The notes below the pieces were generated by a model that was not told where the DNA came from, did no database searches, and saw only the letters and a list, made by a program, of their open reading frames with translations. Made by a program: the position numbers and the translations under genes. From Eledone cirrhosa (taxonomy: Eukaryota), in NCBI GenBank assembly GCA_964016885.1, contig OZ024760.1, positions 2,170,001 through 2,234,000 of the forward strand: a DNA stretch of 64,000 nt, given 5' to 3'. This document shows, in pieces, positions 15,828 through 29,231 of this stretch; positions within the stretch are counted from its first letter, which is position 1; every line of letters begins with the position of its first letter.

Positions 15828-16064
15828 TTATGGGGGCAAAAACCAACAGGTAGGAGACCCAGGGGTAGACCCCAAGCAAGATGGTTGGATAACATCCATG
15901 AGTTTGGTTGGTCAAGCTTGGGGATCCAGCGGGATTAGTTGGAGATGGTTGCTTCTGTCGGGACCTGCTAGAGGACCTGTTAGAGGGAGTGTTTGAGGAC
16001 TCTTCCCCCATGAACCTCTCAGAAGTATAAGGACCTGTGACAATCCCATCAGAATGACTGTACC

Positions 16065-16620
16065 TACGAGGGGGGCGGGGACTTAAAAAAGTTCATGGAA
16101 AAAGTACATAGCTAAAAATTACATGCAGGGATTTTGATATCAATGCACCTGTACGTTCTTGTATTAACATGTCATAACATGTTGTAACACGAACCCTTAA
16201 ATGTATGTTACAATACAGCGCCGCCAGTTGGAAGTCAGCACCCGTTCAAGCAACATGGCCTCCATCAAAACACCAAATTAATGCTGAAGCTAGGGATGAA
16301 GAGCAGCTAAATCATTGACACCCTGGAGCAAGTTTATGGGGACAATGCTCCAAAGAAATCAACAACCTACAAATGGATAAGTCGTTTTAGAAGTGGAAGA
16401 GATGAGGTTAAAAATGATCCCCAGTTGAAGATGTAAAAAAGCTGCTTTGACATGGTTTAAATCACATGGCCCTCAGTTTTAACAGATGGACTGAAAGGCT
16501 GGTATCAACCCTTGCAGAAGTGTATTTACCTAGGTGAAGCATATGTTGAAAAATATACGTCATAATTTAAACTGTTTTTTTCAAGCTGTCCTTTTTCCAC
16601 AAACTTTTTCAAGCCCACTG
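16065..16620 (+). mobile_element. Internally deleted mariner element
   Basis: Starts TACGAGG with degenerate TIRs (aaaaaagttcatggaaaaag / ctttttccacaaactttttc); translation LEQVYGDNAPKKSTTYKWISRFRSGRDEVKNDP. Confidence 0.8.
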
Positions 16621-17143
16621 AACGGAAAAAATGTGGGTATCAGCACACATAGGATACCCATCTTTTTCTGTTCAGGAGGTTTATATGCCCCATTGTTAGA
16701 CTATATTATGAAGTTAATGTCATGGTGATGCTTCTATTTCTATTTCAATTCTAAAATTTAAGGATTTTTTTATTTTTTTTATAATAAACTGTCTGAAACA
16801 CTCAGGATTTTTTATACAAAATTTCTCATTTTAAAATGTTTATATTTATAGTAAATCTTTCAATCACAATTTTATTTTAATTAAGACATTTTTGTCAAGT
16901 AGTGATTTGAATAATATGTTAATAATGAAAGAGTTAGTTCTTTTATTAAATTTCTTCAAATATTTGATTATTTTAAGATGAAATGAAACACATAGGCAAT
17001 GTGTTTCATTAGAAATATGGTAAGGAAAGATTAAAAAGAAACAACAAAAATCATAAATCAAAACTAAAATATGTTTTTAATTCCTCAGGAAAATTCAAAA
17101 CCCCCAAAAAACAAAACAATGAAAACAATTAAAATTGTCTTAC

Positions 17144-17184
17144 GATTCAATATCATCATCGTCATGGTCATTTTTCGGAGGAAC
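17144..17184 (-). CDS. OTOF: Otoferlin-like small exon (FerI): VPPKNDHDDDDIES
   Basis: Flanked by cattAG and GTaaga; 41 nt, phase 0 to 2. Supplies the ferlin 'DDIE' motif before NLLLP. Not in the ORF track. Confidence 0.9.
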
Positions 17185-17249
17185 CTAATGAAGAAGATGA
17201 AAATCTGTTAGAATTGCTATGATGATGATGATGATGATGACAATAATAA

Positions 17250-17450
17250 TGGTAATAATTGTTTCTACTTTTGGCACAAGGCCAGCAATTACCCAGTGCA
17301 TTACTGGTACTTTATTTTATCGACCCCGTAAGGATGAAAGGCAAAGTTGACTTCAGCGGAATTTGAACTCAGTACGTAAAGAGCCGTAACTCTATGCTGC
17401 AAAGCATATTTTCCGACACCCTACCGATTCTGCCAATTCACCGCCCTTAA
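17250..17450 (-). mobile_element. SINE family 2 copy
   Basis: Reverse complement of the family 2 consensus. Confidence 0.85.
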
Positions 17451-17596
17451 TAATAATAATAATAATAATAATATTAATAATAACAATAATATAATGTGTT
17501 AAAATATTTTTAACCTCAACACAATTTATATTAACATGTCCTACTTTAAATGATGAAGATGATGATGAGTGACAATGATGATAATATTATATACTG

Positions 17597-17661
<65 letters not shown>

Positions 17662-17941
17662 CTAAAGTCTAAAGTCTGTCTTAAGCCAGAAGGCTCATTT
17701 GGCCGGTGCTTATTACGGTTCTTCGGCGTGAAGCGACTGAGAGTACAAGACTCACCACTGGACAGGACGCCAGTCCATCGCAGGGTTAATCCCCCAGCTA
17801 TTGCTGGTACTCATTTTCAGCTGACTATACTGGAGCAACATGAAATGAAGTGTCTTGCTCAAGAACACAAAACAACATATTATGATTGTACGTCCAACAC
17901 CATTACCACTAGGCCACGTGCCTCCATACACACACACACAC

Positions 17942-17991
<50 letters not shown>

Positions 17992-18120
17992 TATTAGGGT
18001 AAACATTGATGCAATTCAATTCAAGCACTCAACGTACTTTTTCCACATAGGAGTGACGGAGTAAATATCGAATAAGGAAAAGCGAAGTAGTTTCAGATGT
18101 TCAAGTCCTTTAATAATAAT

Positions 18121-18194
18121 GCTGTGATATATATTTCAATGACGACACTGGCCACACTGTTCTGTGCGCGAGTGTCATGACATCATCAGACAGC
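18121..18194 (-). ncRNA. Mirror copy of the 18339 hammerhead motif
   Basis: Other arm of the 18065-18468 palindrome. Confidence 0.78.
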
Positions 18195-18338
18195 TTGTTA
18201 CATAATAAGGTTGTTTCCGAGGCAATCCAAATTGAATCGACATGGGAACGGATGAAGTTCGTGCTTTTGGGTTTTTCATCCGTTCCCTTGTGTCGATTCA
18301 ATTTGGATTGCCTCGGAAACAACCTTATTATGTAACAA

Positions 18339-18412
18339 GCTGTCTGATGATGTCATGACACTCGCGCACAGAACAGTGTGGCCAGTGTCATCATTGAAAT
18401 ATATATCACAGC
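18339..18412 (+). ncRNA. Type I hammerhead motif with long stem II and palindromic stem III
   Basis: gctgt-CTGATGA-...tgacact..agtgtca...-GAAA-TATATA-TC-acagc. Confidence 0.8.
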
Positions 18413-18463
18413 ATTATTATTAAAGGACTTGAACATCTGAAACTACTTCGCTTTTCCTTATTC

Positions 18464-18499
<36 letters not shown>

Positions 18500-18512
<13 letters not shown>

Positions 18513-19262
18513 TCGACAGAGCCGTTCTGCTAGAGAATGGGTCGTAGGTGGCAGATGCTGATAAGGCCACCAGATAAGGCCACCAGGAAGCTGCCGGATG
18601 AATAAGCAGCCCCGGACCAACAGTGGTAAACTAATAAGGGAGATGGAGCAATGGGTGACACCTGTAGCTCTTAAGGAAACCTTCACAACCCAGTGATGTA
18701 GCTATGACGAGGCAAGTAAAGGCTACCTCTAAAAAAAGCCTAGTCTTTATGGATTTGAGAAAGTACCAGGTTGGTGACTGGTATGAATAATACCACTGAA
18801 CCTGCAACTGCAATATGGTGAGAGGAACAAAAAGAACCATACTGCATTATCCTTTGCACGGGTTAACAATGGACACACTCAGGTCTTTGGTAGAGGGGCC
18901 TGTTTAAAAAATATAATGCAATCTCCATTTCATGCTTCAAAAACTGGCGATGGGCCTACTACCTGTCCTGTGAGGTTTGGGTTTGATGCACAAAGATTGT
19001 GTATCCCAAGACCTCAAAGAGACTCCGAAAGGGAGAAAACCTTGACAATTGGAACCTGGAACATCACAACCCTTACAGGTAAAGAGCAGGAACTAGTGGA
19101 GGGGGCTAGATATAGCCGGGGGTTTACTCAAACATAGTTCAGTGGCTCTGATACTGTAGATTTGGATGGAGGATGGAAACTCCACTATTCAGGTTTGGCA
19201 CCAGAAATGACTACACAGGTGGAAGTGGGGATATACACAAGCCCCCAGCTGACAGAACGTGT
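18500..19262 (+). mobile_element. Decayed RTE LINE, 5' region and endonuclease start
   Basis: Translation LTIGTWNITTLTGKEQELVE is the APE endonuclease motif I. The left boundary is approximate. Confidence 0.75.
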
Positions 19263-19775
19263 TATATATATGGCAAGTGATGAATTGGCAGAGTTGTTAG
19301 AATGTCGGATAGAATGATTTATGGTTTTTGTTCCGGCTCTCTGAGTTAAAATCTCGCCGAGGTCAACTTTGCCTTTCATCCTTTCAAGGTCATTAAAAAA
19401 AGTACCAGTCTAATACTGGGGTCGATTCTTCCTCTCTTTGGAAGAAATCTGCTGAACTCAGGCCTGGAGAAGGATGGGCTCCGCAAGGCTTAAAATGCCC
19501 AAGAAATGCTGTATGATAATACAATGCCCCTACAACTCTATCAGGAGTTAAAGGACCATACCATATGACAAATAATTACCACTAGATATATATGAAGAAA
19601 ATAAAACACAAAAATAACCAAACTAAATTTCATTCAATAAAAACATATTTAAATATTCAGAGGACTTCTTTTTTTTTTTGTTAGTATACTCAAGGGCCAT
19701 AATTCAAACAACAGAAGTGATTCTCACAGTCAGTTTTTGAAAATTTGTAAAACAAGGAAGGAACTGATCATTAGA

Positions 19776-21022
19776 TTAACCCTTTAGCATTTAAACTGGC
19801 TGTATCTGGCCAGAATTCTCTCACCTCTTTCTGTTTAAACTGGCCATAACTGGTTGCTAATACTTATGTTAAGGTTCGATCACCAACAGCAGAGTTTAAA
19901 GAGCAAAGATCAAGTCCAGTCCATAAGCTGACATTATCAAGCCATCGTTTTGGCTGCTGGCCTCTGCTTCTCCTACCAGCCAACCTTCCTTCCAGGCATA
20001 ACCTACTCACACCAGTAGTTGATATTTTTATATGACCATATAGTTTAAGTACTCTTGACTTGACAATTGATGTAATTGATCTAAGTCTGGTAATGTTGAG
20101 CAGCTCGCTGATACAGATACAGTCACTGAACTGTTAAAGTATTGTTCTCAAAATAAATAATACCAAAATAACATAGATTTGACATTATGTGAGATAATTC
20201 TGTGAGGTAAAGCCTTTACAGTGAAAATATAATAGTAAATATAGAGTAATGTAAATGCTAAAGGGTTAAAGCAGCAGTATCTGGTCAGAATTCTCTCACC
20301 TCTTTCTGTTCAAACCAGCCATAACTTATGTTAAAGTATTGTTCTCAAAACAAATAATATCAAAATAACATAGATTTGATATTATGTGAGATAATTCTGT
20401 GAGGTAAAGCCTTTACTGTGAAAATATAATAGCATCTCTCAAAGGCGATGACACACGACCGTGACCTCTGGCGTCACGCAGTAATACAGAGTACCCGACC
20501 TCCCATGGGTACAAGCTGAAGCATATAGACAATATGCCCCCACACCCTCCCACTTCAAGGTGGTCGTGGAGGTGCCACGGCAAAAAAGCACCCAGCCCAC
20601 ACTGTAAAGTGGACGTGTAGGCGCCACGGCAAAAAAGCACCCAACACTCACTGTAAATGAGGTTGGTGTTAGGAAGGGCATCCAGCTGTAGAAATCAAGC
20701 CAGAATCAGTTCCTGTATGAGCAAGGCATGATCAGCCGACCAGACACTGCCCACAACAGGACAACCCGTCTAACCCATGCTAGCGTGGAAGAACGGACGT
20801 AAAACGGTGATGATGATGATCTATAGAGTAATGTAAATACTAAAGCATTTAAACTGGCCATATCCGGCCAGAATTTTCTTACCTCTTTCTGTTCAAACCG
20901 GCCGTTATTGGCTGCTATTACTTATGTTAAGATATTATTCTCAAAATAAATATTGTGAGATACAGTATTTACCATGAAAATATAATAGTATATATAGAGT
21001 AATGTAAATGCTAAAGGGTTAA
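19776..21022. mobile_element. Tandem piggyBac-like MITE copies with nested LINE fragments
   Basis: TTAA-CCCTTTAGCATTTA at 19776 and TAAATGCTAAAGGG-TTAA at 20269 and 21022; the internal sequence is repeated three times; a LINE 3' UTR piece is inserted at 20432-20820. Confidence 0.7.
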
Positions 21023-21339
21023 ACCAAGGATGAGAAGCTACCGCACGGCAACATTGAAAAGCTAACGAGCTAAGATATTGACAACATTTTTATGTAAGTG
21101 GCACCAAAACAGCAACTGCACAGCTGTGCACCCATGCAGTTTAGAGAGATTGTTTGGTTGTAATATAATTGTTCGTGCACCAATGTAGTCATTTCATTCT
21201 GTTGACCAAATAAGGTAACTCTAAGTACTCTTTTACCTATTCCAGTAGACTGGCTGAAGCCATGCCGGGGTACTGCCATTAAATTGATCTCCTCGGCAAA
21301 TTTGAACTCATATCGCAACAGTATATTTGGATGCACATG

Positions 21340-23135
21340 AGGTACATCTAGGAGCGGTGACTAATCTCTCAGAGGCTGAGGTCACGAGAGCAGTTAAAGA
21401 GCTCAAATGTGGCAAGGCCACTGGGTAAGATCAAATCTGGCTTGAGATTGAAATAGAGGAGGTAATCTCTAGCTGACACATATGTGCCAGGTAGCCTGGA
21501 TCTCTGGAAGGGTACCTAAATAATGGCAATTGGGAGTGATAATGCCAATTTTCAAAAAGGGAGACAAGAGAGATTGTTCCAATCACAGAAGGATCTCCTT
21601 GTTAAGCCTCCCTAGAAAAGTCTATGCTAAGTGTCTCGCAAAGAGATGCTGGGAGATTGTCAAGTCCAAGCTGGATGATGAACAGTGTGGTTTTCGCCCC
21701 CGACGCAGTACAGCCAACCAAATATTCACACTGCGGCAGGTCTTCGAGAAATCATGGGAGTATTACCAAGAGGTATATTCCTGTTTTGTCTACTTTGAAA
21801 AGGCATATGACAGCATTCCTCTGGAAATGCCTTGGAAGGTTCTGCAAAAGTATGGGATCAATGGTCAGCTTCCTCCTGCCCTGATGTCTCTATATGAATG
21901 CCTGAGTACTTGTGTTCAGATAAATGGTGCTAAATCAAAACCATTCAATGTGGGGAGTCACGAAGGGTGCATACTGTCACCTCTTCTGTTCATTATTTAA
22001 ACTATCAGGGCGGTGGATTGGCAGTATCGGTAGAGGGTCAGACGCCATGCTAGGGCGGTGGATTGGCAGTATCGGTAGAGGGTCAGACGCCATGCTAGGG
22101 CGGTGGATTGGCAGTATCGGTAGAGGGTCGGACGTCATGCTTTCCAGCATAGTTACATCCCTTTACGATCTGAGTTCAAATCCCGCCGAGGTTGACTTTG
22201 CCTTTCATCCTTACCGGGTCGATAAAATAAAGTACCAGTAATGCACTGGGTAATTGCTGGCCTTGTGCCTAAAGTATAAACTTATTTAAACTAACAGGAT
22301 TGACATGTGCATCCAGGTTGGAAGTGGTATCATGATTGGTGAGTGTAAAATCAGTCGACTGGAATTTAAAGACAACATGGTATTGCTTGACTTGACAGAA
22401 GGTGATCTTTGACTTGCACTTGATAGGTTTGATGCCTAGTACGGCATGGCTGGAACTAAAATCAGTGCTGCAAAAAACTGAGACACTTGTCCTCTCAGGG
22501 AAGCCTGCGCAGTACACTCTACATGGGAATGGAGTTCCACTGAAGCAAGTAGAGAAGTTAAATATCTCAGGGATGTGTTCATGAGTGGTGGAAGAGAGGA
22601 GGTTGTAATAAGTGCAAGAATTGCAAAAGCTGGTGCAGTAATGCACTAGATTCAGTATTCAGTAATTAAAAGAAGGGACGTAGGCATAAAAGCCAAACTC
22701 CCTCTTCAATTTGTTATTCATGCCAGCCCTTACCTATGGTCATGAATCTTGGCATATGATCGCGGATACAAGCAGCTAAAATGGGATTCCTCAGAAGGGT
22801 CTTTGGAGTAAGGTTGCACAATAGAGTGCCAAGCTCAGAGACCAGAGGGTCACTCCAGGTAGAGCTGCTACTTCTCCGAATTGAGAGATGACAGCTCTGA
22901 TACTACAGACATGTGGTTAGAATGTCTCAGGAAAGAATCACTGGATAGATTTTGCACACAAAACCAACCGGCAAGAGACCCAGGGTAGACCCTGAGCAAG
23001 ATGGTTGGATAACATCATTGGGCTTGGCTGGTCTTGCTTGGGAATCCAGCCTGGTCAGTTAGAGATGCTAACTGCTGCTTCTGACAGGACCTTGCAAGAA
23101 GGAGTATTTGAGGACTCTGCCCCTCACGGCCCTTA
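21340..23135 (+). mobile_element. Decayed RTE LINE, RT and C-terminal region, interrupted by a SINE at about 22008-22275
   Basis: PIFKKGDKRDCSN.R.ISLLS, QCGFRP, FEKAYD, GCILSPLLF and RWLDNI, with stops and frameshifts. Confidence 0.9.
22008..22275 (+). mobile_element. SINE family 2 copy with its 45-bp 5' end triplicated
   Basis: agggcggtggattggcagtatcggtagagggtc(a/g)gacg occurs three times. Confidence 0.85.
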
Positions 23136-23699
23136 CAAGTTGGAGAAGAAGAAGAAGAAGAAGAAGAAGAAGGACAACGACAATGATAACAACAACAAGA
23201 GAAGGGAACCTAACACCCAAGAAAATATTCTCAAAATATGATTGCACATAATTTTCTGTTTCTTATTTTTTTAAAGGGATTGGCATATATCTTTATATTC
23301 ATTTGATTTTATAACATTCCTTTTTTAAAAATGGTTTCTAGAAAAACAGTTGAAATATAACGAAGAAAATTTCTTTTACGTTTTTTTTTTATTAATTTAA
23401 TATTATACCAATATTATTTAACACACATATACACTTTTTACACAATAGATTTATTTCATAAGCTAAAATTTAAAAAAAATTAAACTATTAAACATATGAA
23501 TATCTCTGAAAAATAATTCCTAAAATTAATAAATTAATATTGTTTCCTTGGGTGTAACAAAGACAATATTAAAAAAGAAAATTAATATGTATTTTTATAA
23601 CTATTAATGTAATTTTTTTACATTCTTAAAATTGCTGATAATTCTATTTAAAAAAAAAAATCAATTTTACTACACAAGAGTAAAAGTAAAAACAATAAT

Positions 23700-24092
23700 A
23701 ATAATTGTTTCTACGTTTGGCACAAGGCCAGCAATTACCCAGTACATTACTGGTACTTTATTTTATCGACCCCGTAAGGATGAAAGGCAAAGTTAACCTT
23801 GGCGGGATTTGAACTCAGAATGGCAAGGGTCGTAACTCTATGTGTCAAAGCATGGTGTCCGACCCTCTACCGATACTGCCAATTCACCGCCCTATATAAT
23901 AATAATTGTTTCTACTTTAGGCACAAGGCCAGCAATTACCCAGTGCATTACTGGTACTTTATTTTATCGACCCCGTAAGGATGAAAGGCAAAGTCAACCT
24001 CGGCGGGATTTGAACTCAGATCGTAAAGGGGCGTAACTATGCTGGAATGCATGGCGTCCAACCCTCTACCGATACTGCCAATCCACCGCCCT
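23700..24092 (-). mobile_element. SINE family 2, two tandem copies
   Basis: Two full reverse-complement copies. Confidence 0.88.
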
Positions 24093-24239
24093 CAAAGTCG
24101 AATTGATGCGCGATGCCGCGCAACCGCACGCAGCGAACTGCGAACGCCGCTGACGGCATCTGACGCGTCGTCGGTCTCAGTCTAATATTTGCGCCGCGCC
24201 CTATATAATAATAATAATAATAATTGTTTCTACTTTTTA

Positions 24240-24516
24240 GAGGAATACGACTTGTACAGGCTCACCTCTTATCTCACTTTGTTGTAGAAGTCTTCTTTGC
24301 TAGACATCAAAGCTCTTTCATCACTTTGCAAATGGCTTACTCATGCACACAGATGCGCTGGAGAACTTCTTTTGTCATTGCTTCAGAAAAAAAGTCTTGA
24401 GAAAAGCAAGAAGTATTCGGGAGTAAGACATTTGCAAAGTGACAAAAGAGCTTTGACGTCCAGCAAAGAAGAGTTCCACAACAAAGGAAGTTAAGCCTGT
24501 ATGATTCGTATTCCTC
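24240..24516. mobile_element. MITE with long imperfect TIRs and TA flanks
   Basis: ta|GAGGAATACGA...TCGTATTCCTC|ta; the arms pair imperfectly over about 100 bp. Confidence 0.8.
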
Positions 24517-25029
24517 TACTTTTCAAACAGCCAGCAACTTTTAAAGAGAGAGCATGTAAAGTAGATTAAAACGACCTTAGTACATGACTGGTATTTTGCT
24601 TCATCGACCTTAAATGGATGAAAGGCAAAGTTGACCATGACAGGAGATGAACTTAGACCCTAGAGGACCACAACAACATACTGCTAAGCATTTCATCCAA
24701 TGCTCTACTGATTTTGAGGGCCAAACCAACAGGCAGGAGACCCAGGGGTAGAACCCGAACAAGATGGTTAGATAACATCCATGAGCTTGGCTGGTCACGG
24801 TTGCTTCTGACAGAACCTGCTGGAGGGAGTGTTTAAGGACTCTACACCACAACCCCTCAGGAATAAGTGGGCGAAGAAGAAGAAGAAGAAGATAATGAAT
24901 ATAAACAAAAACAAATATAACCAAAAATAGATATATAACTGAGAAGCAGTTTTTTTAAATTTCTTTTCCATTTTATACCTACCAAGAACATATTTTTTAG
25001 ATCATTTGTACATAATAGGGATATCTCAC

Positions 25030-25545
25030 AGATCATTTTTTTTATTAAAAAAAGAATTTTTCTATAAAAATCTTGAATAATTTAAAAATTAATGAATTAT
25101 TTCTTATTAAAATCTTTTTTCCTATAAAAATTTGGAATAATTTAAAACAATTATTAAATTATATTTTTTTTATGACAAAAATTATCTTCTCATAAAAATT
25201 TTGAATAATTAAAAAAAAATTGTAAGTAATGATTTTATTAAAAAAATATTTTTCCTATAAAAATCTCGAATAATTTTTGAAGAATTATTAAATTCCTTTT
25301 TGTATTAAAATTTCATTTTCTCCTATGAAAATTTTGAATAATTTTTAAATTATCAAATTATTTTTTCATTAAAAAATTTTTCTCTTATAAAAATTTTGAA
25401 TAATTTAAAAGAAATATCAAATTACTTTTTATCAAAAAAATTATTTTCTCTTATCAAAATCTTGAATAATTTAAAAGAATTATCAAATTATTTTTTATTA
25501 AAAAAATTATTTTCTCTTATCAAAATCTTGAATAATTTAAATATA
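25030..25545. repeat. Degenerate AT-rich tandem repeat of about 60-65 bp
   Basis: Recurring ttttctc(t)tataaaaat..tgaataatttaaa. Confidence 0.8.
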
Positions 25546-25869
25546 ATTATTATATATTAATTCATCAATGTATATATAAAAACAAAACAAAAAAAAAAAT
25601 AATAACGATTGAAAAAAAAAATTTGTTTTCGTATATCAAAGTTTCATAAACAGACTTGTGCTTCAAACAATACCGAAGATATAGGGAGTGCTTAGCAACA
25701 TGCAATGAATAATAAAGAAATAATAAAAGAATCTTTAGAAATGGTCAAGTGATAGACATTTGCTTAATTTTAACTGACAAACACAGTTGAAGAAGATTTT
25801 TAAGGAGTGCCAGAAAGTGGATTGTGCATCATATATTGAAATAAAAAATATATATATATAAGAAAATAT

Positions 25870-26282
25870 AATTGTTTCTGATTTAGGCACAAGGGGAAGT
25901 CAATTAAATCGACACCAGTGCATTACTGGTACTTTATTTATCGACTCTGTAAGGATGAAAGGCAAAGCTAACCTCGGCGCGATTTGAACTCAGGACCAAA
26001 AGGGATTTAACTCAATGCCAAGAGACCTAGTATCCAGCGATACTGCCAATCCACCACTTTAATAATAATTGTTTCTCATTTTGGCACAAGGCCAACAATT
26101 TTGGGGGAAGTGAAGTCAATTAAATCAACCTCAGTGTGTTACAGGTACTTTATTTTATTGACCCTGTAAGGATGAAAAGCAAAGCTAACCTCAGCGAGAT
26201 TTGAACTCAGAACCAAAAAGGATGTAACTCTATTCCACAAAGCATGATATCCAATGTTCTAATGATACTGCCAATCTGCTTG
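25870..26282 (-). mobile_element. SINE family 2, two older tandem copies
   Basis: Diverged reverse-complement copies. Confidence 0.75.
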
Positions 26283-28610
26283 TTAATATATCTTGAAGAT
26301 AGCTAATTGACCAATCAAAATTCTTCAATCTAATGGTCCTCCATCAATTTCAATGATGAGTATTACTGCTGTTTGACTAATGGTACAGCCTGCATTCTAC
26401 AGACACTTCATCTACCTTTAATGTAATTATTAGGGAGATTCAGTATAATATACTGTGTGACAAGGCTAGACTTTTGAACTACAGATACCACTGATTTTGT
26501 ATTATAGAAAAAAACGCTGGCTATCAGCACACATGGGAATTGAACCCACACACACACATATATACTCAGGATAACTGAGTACTATGAATAGGAAAGATAA
26601 GTATCCGATCATCAAATCAGCCTGAGGAAACTATGTTTCCATTAGTCTTGTAATTGTTGAGACATAAATGTCAGTTACATCTCTTGGCAGAAGAATGGAA
26701 AGAAGCTGATCATCAGATCAGACCAAAGAAGTTATATTTCCATTACTCTTTCCTTTGTTAATACTACCTGTCAGTCAGAACTCCTTGCAGAAGAGGATGG
26801 TGGGTGGGATGATGATTGAAACCTCAGTTGAAATCTGGAATTAACAGGCTTTCTAAGCACTTAATCGCACAGCTAATTAACAACACACACTACAGAAACA
26901 TGCCTTGACATTGACGAAATTAATATTGATACATGGGGAAAATATTACACTGGATTATCAAAAAAAACAAACATCTTTTTGTTTCATAATTTTTAGAATT
27001 TCTTCTAAAAAGAGACGATTCATTAGATGACAAACATGCCCAGAGAAGAAAGAGGAAAAGTGTTGAAAAATCGAAAGCAAATTGACGATGCATATCAAAG
27101 ATAACATTTCAAGATATATCGGCCATTTTGAAATATTTAGAAGAAGGCAGGAAAAAAAAAGAACGAAGAAATACGCACTCATATACTCACATAACAACAA
27201 CAACAACAACAACAACAACAGCTAGTATTTTAAGGAAAACTTTCTCTGCTAAGGCAGGAGTTAGTCTTATGATATGTCCCATGGAGATATTTTTGAGGCA
27301 AAGTTTTACATGGCAATCCTTTGATGGCAATCCTTTAATCACCTCTTAAAATACATAGGGATATAAAACAAAATACACATCAGATCCTGGTTTGTCTGGG
27401 AGATCAGTAGCCCTGCTTCAATACTGACTTGGTCTATGTAGACCCATCCAACCCTTGCTAGTAGGGAGAGTGGACATTAAGACAACAAGGATGATGATAC
27501 AACAAGAAGCATTTTTAAGCCTATTTTTCCTACTAATGTGGAGCTTGCTTAGTGAAATATGCTCTATGATAGCTTTCAGATGTATATGACCCTTTTTGTA
27601 GGTAATGTTTAATAGCTAAATACCCTTCCTGGTGCCACTTCTTTTAGTCATCTATTATGATCCACATGTATACAGTTTACCTATTCTAAACTGGGTATAC
27701 ACAACTTTTAAAATACAAAACAATAACAAGCATTTTAAGGGCCTTTTCTCTTCTAACGCAGGGGTTAGCTTTATTGAGTTTTTTGAAAAGTTTCATGCAC
27801 CACATGGGGCCTTTTCTCAGGAAAAGTTTTAAAGCTGAATGCCCTTCCTAACACCAACTGTTTTAGCCACCCCTTATAACATACAGGGAGATGGTGTACC
27901 TATTTTAAACTGGGTGTACACAGCAGCAGACACAACATTTATTATACAAAACAACAAGACTCGTTCAAGCTGTCCTTTTTTTGAGGCAATGTTTTACAGA
28001 AGGATGCTCTTCCTAACATCAACCCATTTAACCCCCTCTTACGACAGACAGAGACATGCCTCCGTAAATTACATAGCTCTTGACAAATGTCAGGAAAACT
28101 CTGCATTAAAATAAAGAATTGAAAACCTATTCTTCGCTCACCAGGCATGAATAGAAAAGCTCGAAGATGCAATATGTAATTTATATTTAAACCACATAAA
28201 AACTTTACATGTGAAGTGTGACTATATGTCTTAGAAATAAGAAAGCATTCTGACACCGGTATAAAGTGCTGCTCACAAATCTCAAGGTGCCAAAATATAA
28301 GGAAATTGGTTTAAATAAAATGAAATAAAATAAAATAAACAATAAAGTAATAGGAGGGGAGAAAAACGGTTTTTAAAAAAAAAAAATAAAACTCCATTGG
28401 CCTGGAAAAATATGATACGATATATAATAGACAGGGAAATAGATAGTGATATGAACATAGTGAAACAAATTATATGATGGGAGGAGAAAAAAATATTTTG
28501 AACATTGAAAAAATATATATATATTTATATATTTATATATATATATATATATATATAAGTATATTTGTACGGTAAATACAACATGACATGCAGAGTGAGT
28601 CTTAAGAGGA

Positions 28611-28662
<52 letters not shown>

Positions 28663-28748
28663 GTAATAATAATAGTAATGATAATAATAATGGTAATAAT
28701 AATAAATTTAATTTAAAAGAATATATTTAAACGAACCCAGAAACTTAC

Positions 28749-28760
28749 AGTTTGAGGAGC
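28749..28760 (-). CDS. Candidate 12-nt microexon (APQT) of the otoferlin-like gene
   Basis: ttttgaaacAG|GCTCCTCAAACT|GTaagt, in a phase-0 intron; frame-preserving with no stop. No transcript evidence. Confidence 0.5.
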
Positions 28761-28895
28761 CTGTTTCAAAATGATGTTTTTGAAAGATGCAATAGAATAG
28801 TGGAGAGGGCTTGTGACTATTATATATTATATTATATATTCTATATTTCTAGAATATTTATATATGTTGCTATACATACATGCATACATATACAT

Positions 28896-29024
<129 letters not shown>

Positions 29025-29059
29025 TATATACACATATATATATACATATATATATATAC

Positions 29060-29092
<33 letters not shown>

Positions 29093-29231
29093 CATATATA
29101 TATACACATATATATATATACATATATATATATTTAAAAAAAGGAAAAGAATGACTTCACTTGTAGTTCTAAACAATTTGATTTAATTTTATATTATTAT
29201 AATATTATGATTTGGTAGATCTACCAAATCA

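Larger units (their letters stand above)
18065..18468. repeat. Fold-back palindrome of about 400 bp carrying two hammerheads
   Basis: Arms of about 190 bp with a spacer of about 18 bp. Confidence 0.95.

Noticed and set aside
26960-27190. Strong-looking acceptor near 27005 (minus strand)
   Set aside because: An in-frame stop follows within four codons and there is no good donor nearby.
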